Below are positions 1 through 10,414 of a stretch of DNA of 47,702 bases, piece by piece. A model generated the notes under the pieces. That model was not told where the DNA came from and did not search any database. It saw nothing but the letters and a program-made list of their open reading frames with translations. The stretch lies in assembly GCA_002811645.1 (NCBI GenBank), contig PDIP01000263.1:1-47702 (forward strand). Direction: 5' to 3'. Source of the DNA: Corallochytrium limacisporum Hawaii. Lineage: Eukaryota > Protista > Pluriformea. Made by a program: the position numbers and the translations under genes. How positions within the stretch are numbered: position 1 is the stretch's first letter; each line of letters starts with the position of its first letter.

Positions 1-652
1 GTTGGTTGGGAGGGGGGGGGTTGGGAGGGAGCGAAGTGCCAGGGACCGAGGTCCACCCGGAGCGTACAGGCCCTAACTGCTGTGGCCAGGGGCAAAGAAA
101 CCGGGAGAGTGGGGGAGCGCCAAGGCAGACGAAGAAACACAACGCATGAAATCCAACCCCCCCCCCCCCCTCCCCTTCGCTTCCCCCTTCCTTTCACTCA
201 CCTGCGGGATGCCCCGGGGCTACGATCTTTGTGCCCCGGACTCTCAACCAAACCCCATCCTCGCCAGGGAACCGGGGAGAAGAGGGGGAATGTTGGGTAC
301 GGCATCGGCAGGGGCTACCCCTCAGGCTGTCTTCGAGTCCATGTTATTGTTTTGTTGAGCCGGGGTTTGATATTATTGGCGGTGGCACATTAGGTACTTA
401 GTAAGTGAAAGGGATCGTTTTTGCTTCCTTTCAACATTGACCATTTCTGTGAGTTTTGTATAACCAGATCCACTAAGAAAATATGGGAATAACAGCTCGC
501 GTAGCAGCAAGTATTATATATTGTAGCAGTCTCAATCTGTGACATGGTCAGCGGTGGATAAACCTGAAAATTGCTTGGAAAAGGTCATGAAATAGGTTTT
601 CGGGTTCGGGAATAATTTGCTAGCTAGACATCTGTACATACAATCGGAAACC

Positions 653-3322
653 ATGACTGAAGCAGACGACGAGAACAATGTCATTGAGGTTTCTCCCAAT
701 GAACGCTGGGAGAAGCTGAGCAAACGAGTGGCTACCAAGGACTCGTTAGGTATTGATCAGGCGCACCTTGCATTTGATACTGAAAATGGTATTGAAGTGG
801 TTTGGAACGAAATTTTACTCACAAATGCGCGTATGTCAAACGATAGCTTCGAAAAACTTACCAAGAAGTTTGAGACTATGGTAGGCCTTAGGCATAAAAT
901 TTTGGTAACATTTTACGATTTCTGGTATGATGACAAGACCAACAAATTCGTTCTCATTTCAGAACTGATGACCTCGGGATCATTGCGGGCCTATCTTCGA
1001 AAGAACATCGTGAGTAAGACACCGGAGGGTATGGCATCCCTTACACAACAGACCGAACGACGCCAGAAGAAAGTGTGGCTCCGCTGGTGCCGCCAGATCG
1101 TTAGTGCACTCAGCTACTTGCACAATCAGAAACCCCCGATCGTGCACGGTAACTTGAACATTGAGTCTGTTTTCGTCCAGCACAATGGGTATGTGAAAGT
1201 TGGAGCTGTCTGCCTAGATGACATCAATAGGTACGTTCGTAGTGTGCAGGATGCATCTCGGATGGTTTTCCTTGCGCCTGAACTTTATGACGGCGGAAAC
1301 TACACACCCAAGACTGATATATATCGCTTGGGCCTGGTCACGCTCGAGATGGTGACGCTGAGGAAGCCGTACGCAGAATTTGACACGTTAGCAGAAAAGC
1401 AACAGGCCATTCGCAGGGGAATAATGCCAGAGTGTCTGAACGAATTATCATGGAATGAGAATCTGTACGACTTTGTCCACTTGTGCCTGCAGACTGCTGA
1501 CAAACGTCCTACTGCGGACCGACTGATGTTCCACCCGTTTCTAATGAGCGACGTGGCCCCCCTGAAAACCTTAGTGGCACACGCGATTCTCAAGACCCAC
1601 ACCAATCTCCAGCGCTCCAACAACGAAAAATATGATCCGAAGAATGAGAATCTTCTGCCCTCGAAGATATTTGACTTCCTAGAAGAAGTGACCCAGGGCA
1701 TTTGGGGGTATCCCAAGAATATGGAGCATGACATTATTGAGGGTAATGAAGCAATGCGAGAGCAGGAGGCGCTGTACCACGCGGAAGTTCCACCCCAGGA
1801 GCTACATACAAGAGGGACGGAACCTGTGACCCCTGGCAGTGCATCCGTGCACCTGGGTACACCTTCAGAAGGAGCTGATAGCACAGGACCTGGGGTGGAA
1901 AGCTCAAAGATTTTAAACGCAGATGGGGTCAGTACGGAGGTTCTTGCGAGGACAGAAGCAATTGATAAGGGCAGACGACCGCATAACCTGCATGTGAACA
2001 TACCAAACAAGCGTGTTGTCGACAATGGCAAAGTGGAAGACTCACCAGCAGCAGCTATAGCCAATCTGAGGCGTGGTGAATCCAATGCTAGCCAGGACAG
2101 CAGGCGAACAGCCACCAGTCCACGCATGGGCAGTGATGCGGGAACACAGGGCACTTTGAGCAAGCCAGACACCCCAGGCACTGAATTAGACGTCAGTGGA
2201 CCTGTCGGAGATGGCACTTGTGCGGTTGAACAGTCCTTGTCGCATGTACCAGATTCGGACAAGAATCAATCAGTGGCAGCGCAGAATCATCCGGCACAGC
2301 CACATTCCGGCAGTACCGGGCCGCAGGTAGCCTACCGCCTACCGCTAAACGGTGGCGTGGATAGTAAAGGGTCCGGAAATGACCCAGACTCTGACGGCCA
2401 GAATGTGAGCGGTATTAACAGTGCGTCCTCTACTGAGCGTAGCCACGAGACAAACGACAATGTTGACAGCCGTGGCTCAATGACTGACCTCGCCGATGAC
2501 GGACCAATCGAGGAGGAAAAGCGAATGTCGCGCTTCATCCGGTGTCGTTACAAAGTCATGGACGAACTGGAGGCCGAAATGGTCGTGGAAGTGTGGTTCA
2601 CAGACGGCATGCTTCGTATCGTCAAGTTCAAGTACAATCGGGAGACTGATACACCGCTTGCTGTAGCCAAGGACATGGTGGCACAGAAATTGGTCACAAC
2701 GGAAGATGCCCAGAAGCTGACGGACAGCATTTACACCACCATAATGACCGCTGAGGCGACCAACACACCGGATAGTCCATCAAGTCACATCGTGTCCCGC
2801 CACGATTCGACTGCGGACAACTTGAGCGGGTACGCCATCATGCAGCTGCATGGTGGTGGGCAGCAGGGACAGCAAGCTCAGGCGCCGTCACGCTTTGCGG
2901 CTGTTGGCGGCCAACAGACTGCTGCGGGTGGACAGCAACAGACTACCAGCGGAGGTCAAGCAGTGGGTACGGGTTCGAATTCGACCAGTGCTTATTCCAC
3001 TCCGATCTCTGCCACCCCGACCGGCATGGACATGGGTCCGCCAAGCCTGCACAACACCCCTCCGAGCTCGCAGGGTTCGCTCACTACGGCACAGCTGCAG
3101 CAGGCAACCGGACTGCATTCGCAACAGCCGCAGCATCCACCATTGCAGCAGATGACACAACAGCAGCAGCCATCGTCAACGCAAGCTTCTGTGTCGTCGA
3201 TCGGTTCGGGTGGTTCGGGGATGCTCAGCGGCACGGCACCACAGCAGCCAAGTCCATTGTCCCAAGGTGGCACCACAGCTGCGGCATTGAGGCATGACTT
3301 GAGTGTGGACTCAAAGACGTGA
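653..3322 (+). CDS. NRBP1: Nuclear receptor-binding protein (NRBP/MADM)-like pseudokinase with C-terminal CCT-like domain and long low-complexity regions
   Basis: WNK-like kinase fold (DTENGIEVVWNE, ELMTSGSL). HGNL replaces HRD and VKVGAV replaces DFG, as in NRBP. C-terminal RIVKFKYNRETDTPLAVAKDMV resembles the CCT domain. First ATG is 653; the ORF track starts at TTG 617. Confidence 0.85.
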   Translation: MTEADDENNVIEVSPNERWEKLSKRVATKDSLGIDQAHLAFDTENGIEVVWNEILLTNARMSNDSFEKLTKKFETMVGLRHKILVTFYDFWYDDKTNKFVLISELMTSGSLRAYLRKNIVSKTPEGMASLTQQTERRQKKVWLRWCRQIVSALSYLHNQKPPIVHGNLNIESVFVQHNGYVKVGAVCLDDINRYVRSVQDASRMVFLAPELYDGGNYTPKTDIYRLGLVTLEMVTLRKPYAEFDTLAEKQQAIRRGIMPECLNELSWNENLYDFVHLCLQTADKRPTADRLMFHPFLMSDVAPLKTLVAHAILKTHTNLQRSNNEKYDPKNENLLPSKIFDFLEEVTQGIWGYPKNMEHDIIEGNEAMREQEALYHAEVPPQELHTRGTEPVTPGSASVHLGTPSEGADSTGPGVESSKILNADGVSTEVLARTEAIDKGRRPHNLHVNIPNKRVVDNGKVEDSPAAAIANLRRGESNASQDSRRTATSPRMGSDAGTQGTLSKPDTPGTELDVSGPVGDGTCAVEQSLSHVPDSDKNQSVAAQNHPAQPHSGSTGPQVAYRLPLNGGVDSKGSGNDPDSDGQNVSGINSASSTERSHETNDNVDSRGSMTDLADDGPIEEEKRMSRFIRCRYKVMDELEAEMVVEVWFTDGMLRIVKFKYNRETDTPLAVAKDMVAQKLVTTEDAQKLTDSIYTTIMTAEATNTPDSPSSHIVSRHDSTADNLSGYAIMQLHGGGQQGQQAQAPSRFAAVGGQQTAAGGQQQTTSGGQAVGTGSNSTSAYSTPISATPTGMDMGPPSLHNTPPSSQGSLTTAQLQQATGLHSQQPQHPPLQQMTQQQQPSSTQASVSSIGSGGSGMLSGTAPQQPSPLSQGGTTAAALRHDLSVDSKT

Positions 3323-3382
3323 AATAGTACTAGAATACAATTGCAATAGACTTTACTTCCCGATTTTAGATTGTTGCTGTCT

Positions 3383-6007
3383 TCAAGTTCGCTTCGCACA
3401 CCCAGCCCACCGCCTGAAGAACTGTGGCAGTTCGGTGACAGTGTCGTTGCCGTCTCTGGCGTTCAGCCGGGAGTCCTGCCTAAGCATCCAGCGTGGAATG
3501 TGGGCATGGATCGCCGGACGGTCGAAGCGCTCGTCCACAAGCAGGACGGCAGCGTAGTCGTTGCCGTGACGAATGGCGCGGCCGATGCTTTGGTTGACTG
3601 CCTTCATGGCCAGGGTTTGGATGTAGTTGCTGCGCGCGGCATCCATCTGCTTTTCAGTTGCATTTGGATGTTGTGTGCGGTGCTTCTTTTCCAGGTGTTT
3701 GAGCATTTCCCGCATTTCCACGCTCCTCAGGTTCGGGTAGGGCATGCCCATGACTATGACTGCACGGGCAAGCTCATCCTTGAAGTTGATTCCCTCACTC
3801 AATTTGCCGCCCGTGACGGCCAACAGCACGCCGCCGCGCTGGCGGTTGACCTGCAGACTGATTGGAGCATTGGGATCTGCGTAGGTGTTGCGAATAGCTT
3901 CCGAATAGGCCCGCACTGTCGCATCAACACCAGTGCCAGCGGCCTCCTGGAAAACTGCCTTGTACTGTGTGATCATCTTCAGAATGCCAGATGCCTCCCA
4001 GGCATTGCAATAGGATGCCAGTTCGGAGTACGACTGAAAAAAAACCACTACACCGTCCGGAGTGGTTTGACAGACGCGAAGGAGGAGCTGTCCACTGCCG
4101 CGTACAATAGCTGGGTGGCGGCGGTCCTGATATCCAAAAGTTAGCTTCACGCCTTGCATACTGGAGACCAGTCGCAAGTGGATGCGCTCATGATTCGCGA
4201 CATGACCGGCAGCAAAGTGTCGCACTTGAAGGGGGCCAGTAACTGTTGCGTTCTTGTTCATCGACTGCACTTCGGCTTCCTCGATGAGGTCGGTAATTTC
4301 AGAGATAGGACTCATAGTGCCGCCGGCCAGGACTACCGCGCGAGCCTCCGATACAAGCTGATGTAAAGGCTCCGCGGGGTTGAGCAATACAAAGCGGAGC
4401 ACTGTGTTCGGCGGCTGACTGGCCACCACCTTGGCCGCAACAATACCCCGCACCCCATTGCGGCGGTCCAAGGCCTGCATAAAGGCTTCAATCTCATGAA
4501 ATGGGTAACGAGACGAGGTCGCCTTGCCGCGAGTCTTCTCTTCCTGTTCCCGGAGCCGTGTTACGAATCCGAGAAGTTTTCGTTTGATGTTCGATTCGCG
4601 TAAGAAGTTGAGGAGTTTTGGGAGATTTATAGAGTCTAGACGTGCCTCACTCAGGAAATTTGCCACAGAGTATACTTTCTCGTCTTCTGATCCGTCGCGT
4701 GCTAGGCGCTTACAGAATGTCAACAATCTTTTGATGGTCATTTCTAGAGTTGCGATCATTGTTGAGGTATGGTGTCCGAAACGAGTGTCGTATTTGTCTG
4801 CGTACAGTTTTAAAGTTTCAAGCCCTTCTCGTAGAACAGAACTACGAATGTGTGCACTATGTAGAGATCGAATCATGTCTAGCATATTATGGGCTTCATC
4901 AACAAGCACGACCTTGCCCTTGAGATCCAGTCCGAGGGATCGGCGCGTGTTTGCGTGTAGAAGGGTTGCATGGGGTAGCGCAATGATTTGTGCAAATGGC
5001 ACTGAACGACGAGATGCAAAATATGGACAGCTGTCTCGATCTTTGCCCAGTCCAACCACGTCCTCGATGTCACGTGGTTGACTCAGCACTGAATGTACCA
5101 TTGCACCCTGTCCGTTGCAGCAACCTTTGCCTTTTGGAAGATAGGAGCATCCCTTTGTGCCGTCCTTTTTGCCTCCGTCAGTACCATATCGCCCCACAAG
5201 GTCGCTACATGTGTCAGCTTGTATTTGCTCATTGCCAATCTTGCGAACTACGGGATGGATACACAAGTACTTGCGACTGGCTAAGGTTGTGACCCGCATT
5301 TTCCGACCCAGTGGATTGTTTGACAACTCCTCAATAAATTGTGTGATCTGTGAATGGGTTCTGGTGGAAAAGATGATACCGGGTGTGGCGACGGTCTCGC
5401 CGCCATCGTCATGAATCATGTCCTCTTCTCCATCGCTGGCGCCGGAGTCAGGTGGCGACGAGTCGTACTCCACTACTGTTGCTCTCTTCTTTCCAGTAGT
5501 TAACCGTTCACTGGATCTCTTTAAAGATCCTGAGGGATCCCTCTCTACTTTGAGTCGTGCAAACATGGCCTCAGTATCTTCCAATTTTTTCTTCATCGCG
5601 TACCGGCGTTCCTCAATCACGGACTCTTCCTTCTTCTTGACAAAATCCGTAACCCAGTCAGGTAGTTCATCGTCATCACTACTTTTGCTCGCTTTGACAG
5701 ACTGTTTGACGTCTGCCTCGGGTGCTGCTTGCAACCCATCTCCAAAGCCTTGCTTGATCCGCTGTGCATGATGCTCAAACCAAAGACAGCTGCTGGCGAT
5801 TAATGTCTGTGACTTACCAGTTCCCGTGGGGCTCTCCACAATGGTAAGTCCACCTTGTTCAAGACCATTGTATATCTCATGCATTAATTTCCTCTGCAAA
5901 GGATAAGGCTCAAATGGAAATGGCCAATCTCCTTCAATAGGCGGTGCTGACAGCCCACCTGTGTCCTTCAAATCGGCCTCAACCCATGTTTGTGATACGC
6001 TGGGCAT
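3383..6007 (-). CDS. DDX11: DDX11/Chl1 Fe-S DNA helicase (XPD family)
   Basis: FPFEPYPLQ Q-motif, ESPTGTGKS Walker A, STRTHSQITQF, Fe-S cysteines (LCIH..TC..GC..SCPY), VDEAHN, LAGGTM, GGKLSEGINF, AVNQSIGRAIRH. Confidence 0.93.
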   Translation of the reverse strand: MPSVSQTWVEADLKDTGGLSAPPIEGDWPFPFEPYPLQRKLMHEIYNGLEQGGLTIVESPTGTGKSQTLIASSCLWFEHHAQRIKQGFGDGLQAAPEADVKQSVKASKSSDDDELPDWVTDFVKKKEESVIEERRYAMKKKLEDTEAMFARLKVERDPSGSLKRSSERLTTGKKRATVVEYDSSPPDSGASDGEEDMIHDDGGETVATPGIIFSTRTHSQITQFIEELSNNPLGRKMRVTTLASRKYLCIHPVVRKIGNEQIQADTCSDLVGRYGTDGGKKDGTKGCSYLPKGKGCCNGQGAMVHSVLSQPRDIEDVVGLGKDRDSCPYFASRRSVPFAQIIALPHATLLHANTRRSLGLDLKGKVVLVDEAHNMLDMIRSLHSAHIRSSVLREGLETLKLYADKYDTRFGHHTSTMIATLEMTIKRLLTFCKRLARDGSEDEKVYSVANFLSEARLDSINLPKLLNFLRESNIKRKLLGFVTRLREQEEKTRGKATSSRYPFHEIEAFMQALDRRNGVRGIVAAKVVASQPPNTVLRFVLLNPAEPLHQLVSEARAVVLAGGTMSPISEITDLIEEAEVQSMNKNATVTGPLQVRHFAAGHVANHERIHLRLVSSMQGVKLTFGYQDRRHPAIVRGSGQLLLRVCQTTPDGVVVFFQSYSELASYCNAWEASGILKMITQYKAVFQEAAGTGVDATVRAYSEAIRNTYADPNAPISLQVNRQRGGVLLAVTGGKLSEGINFKDELARAVIVMGMPYPNLRSVEMREMLKHLEKKHRTQHPNATEKQMDAARSNYIQTLAMKAVNQSIGRAIRHGNDYAAVLLVDERFDRPAIHAHIPRWMLRQDSRLNARDGNDTVTELPQFFRRWAGCAKRT

Positions 6008-6447
6008 GATCTTGGTCTAGATCCATAGCACTGGCAGCAAAAGGTGGTTCATGATATTTTTCCCATTATTTATTTCGGGCAGATTTCTAAGGAAGATCCC
6101 GAAACGATGCCACAGATTTTGTCATCATACTTCAAATACCCCACTACAGCGTCTCATTGTCGGCGGCTCCCGGCTATCCTTGCACCACCGTCTACTTTGA
6201 GAATTTCGCGCCCGTTTCTAGAACGGGGAGGAAGGGGTGTGGGGACGGGTCTGGGGGCTGGGTAGTTGTATTCCAGTACAAATACTATGAAAAATGAGAT
6301 TTTTGGACACCGGTCCGGATCTCAGGTGCGGGGTCCGGGCAGGGGAAGCATGCAACGATGGGTGGGTCTGTGTAATTGAAATACTAAGAGTAAGATGGTG
6401 TGCAAAGTGACAACTCGACGGTTGGAAAGTCATCAGGCGTCACCTCG

Positions 6448-7227
6448 TCACAACTGACTCTGGGGGACAATATACAGGCATTCGCAAGTGGCAAATACAA
6501 CCTCTTCGCCACCCCCATCCGAACTGGCCATTCCGGGTGGACCGGGTACCGGAGCCTTGGTCACCCCTTCAGCCTTCATGTAGCACTTGCTCGGATGGCC
6601 ATAGGGCTCAATGCGACGTGCCCTGTACACCAGCACACTCTTTGTCGGTGCAGGCCTTTTAAACACCGTGTTAAGATATACTGTAAAGGTTGGTTTTCGT
6701 AAGGATTGGATGGACAAGCAGCCGGTGACTTCGTCAAAGAACATGGCCGTCACCCCGCCGTGGAGGACTCCCGGATGACCAGCACATCCTTCTCCCACAG
6801 AAAGCACAAAAGCGCACTCACTGTGCTCCTCCCCCCTTTCGCCAGTAAATTCCCGATGGAATATCCTCAGATATGTGATGCCATCCATTTGTTTCGTGGG
6901 ATGATCCGCAAAATTGAGACCGGTGTACAGGGCATGCTTGGTTTCGTCGGGAATGAAGTATGGATCCCGGAAGGGACGCCATCCATTGGCAAGGGCTTCC
7001 TCGCTGGTAAATTCTGATAGAGCCTCTGACAATCCGGGAACGTCGCGTCCGTCCTCATACTTTGAGAGCAGGTTGATGTCGAGAGAGGCGCCCTCTTTCA
7101 GTGGTGGCGCTGCTTTTGCTGACATCTGTCCGCTCATCCTTGCTGTTGAAGTCAATAACCCTCTCTTCCAGCCCACCGCAAGTGGTCGCAAACTTAGTCG
7201 AAGAAGGCGCGTGTGCAATCCGAGCAT
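6448..7227 (-). CDS. PaaI/THEM4-like hotdog-fold acyl-CoA thioesterase
   Basis: GHPGVLHGGVTAMFFDE motif and FTVYLNTVFKRP. Arg/Leu-rich N-terminal presequence and C-terminal SQL. Confidence 0.85.
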   Translation of the reverse strand: MLGLHTRLLRLSLRPLAVGWKRGLLTSTARMSGQMSAKAAPPLKEGASLDINLLSKYEDGRDVPGLSEALSEFTSEEALANGWRPFRDPYFIPDETKHALYTGLNFADHPTKQMDGITYLRIFHREFTGERGEEHSECAFVLSVGEGCAGHPGVLHGGVTAMFFDEVTGCLSIQSLRKPTFTVYLNTVFKRPAPTKSVLVYRARRIEPYGHPSKCYMKAEGVTKAPVPGPPGMASSDGGGEEVVFATCECLYIVPQSQL

Positions 7228-7815
7228 GTGCCAGACAGTGGATATCGGGTATCAATGCCCACTTTTGCAAGTCCACAGGCAAGCCAGTTTTCAATGCCCG
7301 ATGCTCAACTGGAGGATCCAAAACTTAAATACCTGCTCCAACCTAGGTGGGTCAGAGACGCTCTTGAGTTGCTGACTTGTCCGGCACATACATACTCAAC
7401 GGTTTCCGTATGCCAACCAAACGTTCATGTGCAGGTCAATCTGACTCCCAGGGACAGCTACCAAACCCCCGTTTGACGATCGGCCGCCTTGAGCCCGTCG
7501 TACGGTTGGCTGTGCGAGGGAGGGTGGCTTTTGGTAGTGGGAAATGTCCTGGTTTTTGAGGGACCTATCTGACGAGAAAAGAAGGAGCTCGAATCAGCAG
7601 ATAACTGCCACTGGTAGAACGTTTGCGAATCCCTATTTATGGCTATTGACCAGCTGTGACCCTCTGCTGTGGTTTAGGTATACGGAACAAGGGGAGAGGG
7701 GGGGGGGCGGGGGGTTGGACAGAAACTTGGGCCGGTGAGAGGGCGTAAGAGGAATATTGACTATGGAAACCCAAGCCCACTCGTGACGCGATATCACGGT
7801 CGCACGATGGGACAG

Positions 7816-7844
7816 AAAAGCCCCCCCCCGGGGGGGGGGCTTTT
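7816..7844. repeat. Perfect inverted repeat AAAAG-C9 / G9-CTTTT (14-bp arms, 1-nt centre)
   Basis: Read directly: aaaagccccccccc g gggggggggctttt. Confidence 0.85.
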
Positions 7845-8548
7845 TTAAGCGCTATACGGTACTACCACTATGGAAACAATGTCCCAAGGTTCTTACTCCT
7901 CCCAGGCTGTTAATGTGCCACATACACAACTTGGGAACGAAAGCGCACGGCATTCCTTGTCCAACGTTACATCGTCCCGGCGAGCCATGTCGTACTCCAT
8001 AGTCGTTATGAGTTCTTGTCTTATCAGTGGTATTGAATCTCATTCGAACATGGTAGGAGCATCATCGTAGTAGCCAGCTGCTGGCAACTTCTGCACATGC
8101 CGCAATTACCGCAAGTTTTGCAACCAACAGGGCTTCGTATCCTATTTACAGTCATAATGGACGAGTTTGTGCGTGGGTGCGCACCCATCTTTGTGGGCAT
8201 GGCAATATGTTTACCCGGACAGGAGGTTGGGTAGCATACCCAGAGCATTCGACATGGCCATCTTCATCTAGATCAAATCGGTGAATCTACTGAATGACTG
8301 ATTCGGAATGTGTTATGTGCGCGGTGCAGTAGAAATGTGAGGCTGGGGGATGTAGACTGTGCTGACATATGCAGCACGAAAGATCTTACCTTTCCTCCCT
8401 CTTTGCCGTCGCTACATTCCCCTCACCGGAACGTTGTCAGTAACGAACACACTGCAGAGTTTCGTTGCTTTTGTTGATGCAATACTTGGTCCATTTCACC
8501 TGCCACTCCTCTGTGCATTGTTAAGACGGAGCCAGATTTTCCTGTCGC

Positions 8549-8572
8549 GAACAATTAGGATCCTAATTGTTC
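8549..8572. repeat. Perfect 24-bp palindrome GAACAATTAGGATCCTAATTGTTC
   Basis: The sequence equals its own reverse complement. Confidence 0.9.
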
Positions 8573-9395
8573 AGGGACCAACGGGAACAGGTGGTGTTTG
8601 GAAGCGCAACAGATGGGATCCACCAGTGGCTTCACCACCAAGGCGTGTAGCACACTAAGAAAGGAACGCCGGAGACAAAGAACGAAAGGACACCTGGGTG
8701 TGTTTGGATTGCTAAGAATTGATAGAATGTAAAGTGGCAGGAACACACTCAGAGACCGCAATGGCGGAGAAAAAGTCCATGCCCCTCCCCCCCCCCAACC
8801 GCCGCAGGGGGAATCATGACTCTAACAAATGGACGGCAAAGATCTATACTTAATGTACTACACAATTTCTATGATTCTCTGGAAGTAGCATGGTGGTGGA
8901 TGCAACTTGTGGTAAGCACACCTCTCGCACCGGAGACGGGTGGACGACCGCCCGCGCCACCGCATTTTTGACAGCCCCGGCCCCACCAGCCCCAAAGGAC
9001 GCGGTGATGAAATTTCAACACCAAACAGAAATTTGAATACCAAAAAGTGCTGAGTGAAAAATTCCTCAGACTTGGTCTCGCTAGTGCTCCAAGTACGCGA
9101 TGATGCACACCAATGACATTTTGCTTCCACCCCCTTTTGGCCCCTGGATGTCCTTTCTCGCAAAATCCGGGGTAGCGGGCCACGCAAGCCACGCTGGCAG
9201 ATGGCTTTTGGTGTGTAGTTGGTGTCCAGAGAGTGTGTCGGGACGGAGAACTCTGGTCTGACACTTGTTCGGAACGGAACCCCGAGTGTTCACGGACGCA
9301 CACGCGCACATCTAGAGGTTCGGAGACACCTATAACCCGGTGTATTCGCTCAGGGAACGGAGTGGGCCAGTGCCCGATCGGATTCGTGTTTCTAC

Positions 9396-9477
9396 GTGTG
9401 TGAGGTGTGTGTGGGTGTGGGTATGGGTAATATGGGTATGGGTGTGTGTGTGTGTGTGCGTGCGTGCGTGTGTGTGT
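9396..9477. repeat. Compound (GT)n / (GGTATG)n / (GTGC)n microsatellite
   Basis: Read directly from the sequence. Confidence 0.85.
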
Positions 9478-10414
9478 TGTCCGAGGCCGGAGTGAGCAAC
9501 AACAAAGAGAGCATAGCGGAAACAGGGGCGACGAAATGCTAGAGAACCCCTTGAGAAAATGAGGACACACGACGACTGCCGGAGGTCCCCCCCCCCCCAC
9601 ACACACACCCCATGGCGGAGATGCTGGCGTACTGGCCGGGGTGCTCAAGGATCAATAGAGAAAATATGCAAAGGAGAGCGGGCAGGTGGTGCAGGGTAAA
9701 AAGAAAGAAAGGGGGGGTGGAAGGAAAAATCGTGTACACAGAGAGGGGCGAGGGCCGATGAAACTCGAAAGAGTAGCGGGCCTTAGGTGCGCGTCTGGGG
9801 TCGAGGAGGAGGGTAAATTCTGTGTTATTATTTCCGAAGCCCCGGAGGCCCCTTTATTTTAATATACAAAGCGCAGTGGTTTCGGCCCTTTAAGCAGCCC
9901 TTGTGCCTGATGGTGGTATACCGCTTTTGGCACTGTGCAAGATAGAGGGCCGCGTAGAATTACGTACGATTGTACCAGCACAAGGCCTGTCAGCGCGCTT
10001 CAATGGGAGCTTCTCGGCTGTATGTGAGAGTTCGGGGCTCCGATGTGATGATACGTTGGTGGCAGATGTGTGGCTTGTATTATCCAATATTTCCGGTGTT
10101 TGCTTTTCTGGGCACTTTCTTCGTTGTGTTATGGATTTGAAGGGCAACGGTATCTGTACAAAGGAGAAAATCTCTGCCGTCCACGGACAAATGTAGGCTA
10201 CTTGGGACTCTAACGGTCGTCTTACAACGCGCAGTCTGAAGACTGTAGATATGAACCAGCAGGACCTAATCGGGTCCCGCTTACCTTTCACGAGCATATG
10301 CTTTAAAGGACGGAATGATAATTAACGCGGGGATGATGTTCGATCCTTCGTAAGGGACCACTCTTGGTAATGGCTGCATTGTTTTAAGCATAGTAATTTT
10401 AGTAGACTGCCAAA

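Noticed and set aside
1300-2262. Long antisense ORFs (320 aa here, also 3371-4144, 14723-15400, 15876-16562, 26255-26842)
   Set aside because: Shadow frames of well-supported genes on the opposite strand, with no recognisable motifs.
7845-8261. Protein-like minus-strand frame (MAMSNALG...TTMEYDMARRDDVTLDKEC...) with five internal stops
   Set aside because: No recognisable homology and mixed stop types (TAA, TAG, TGA), so neither a pseudogene nor a recoding claim can be supported.
8869-9648. 259-aa ORF and the ORFs at 17301-18411
   Set aside because: Kept open by microsatellites and homopolymers, giving low-complexity translations.
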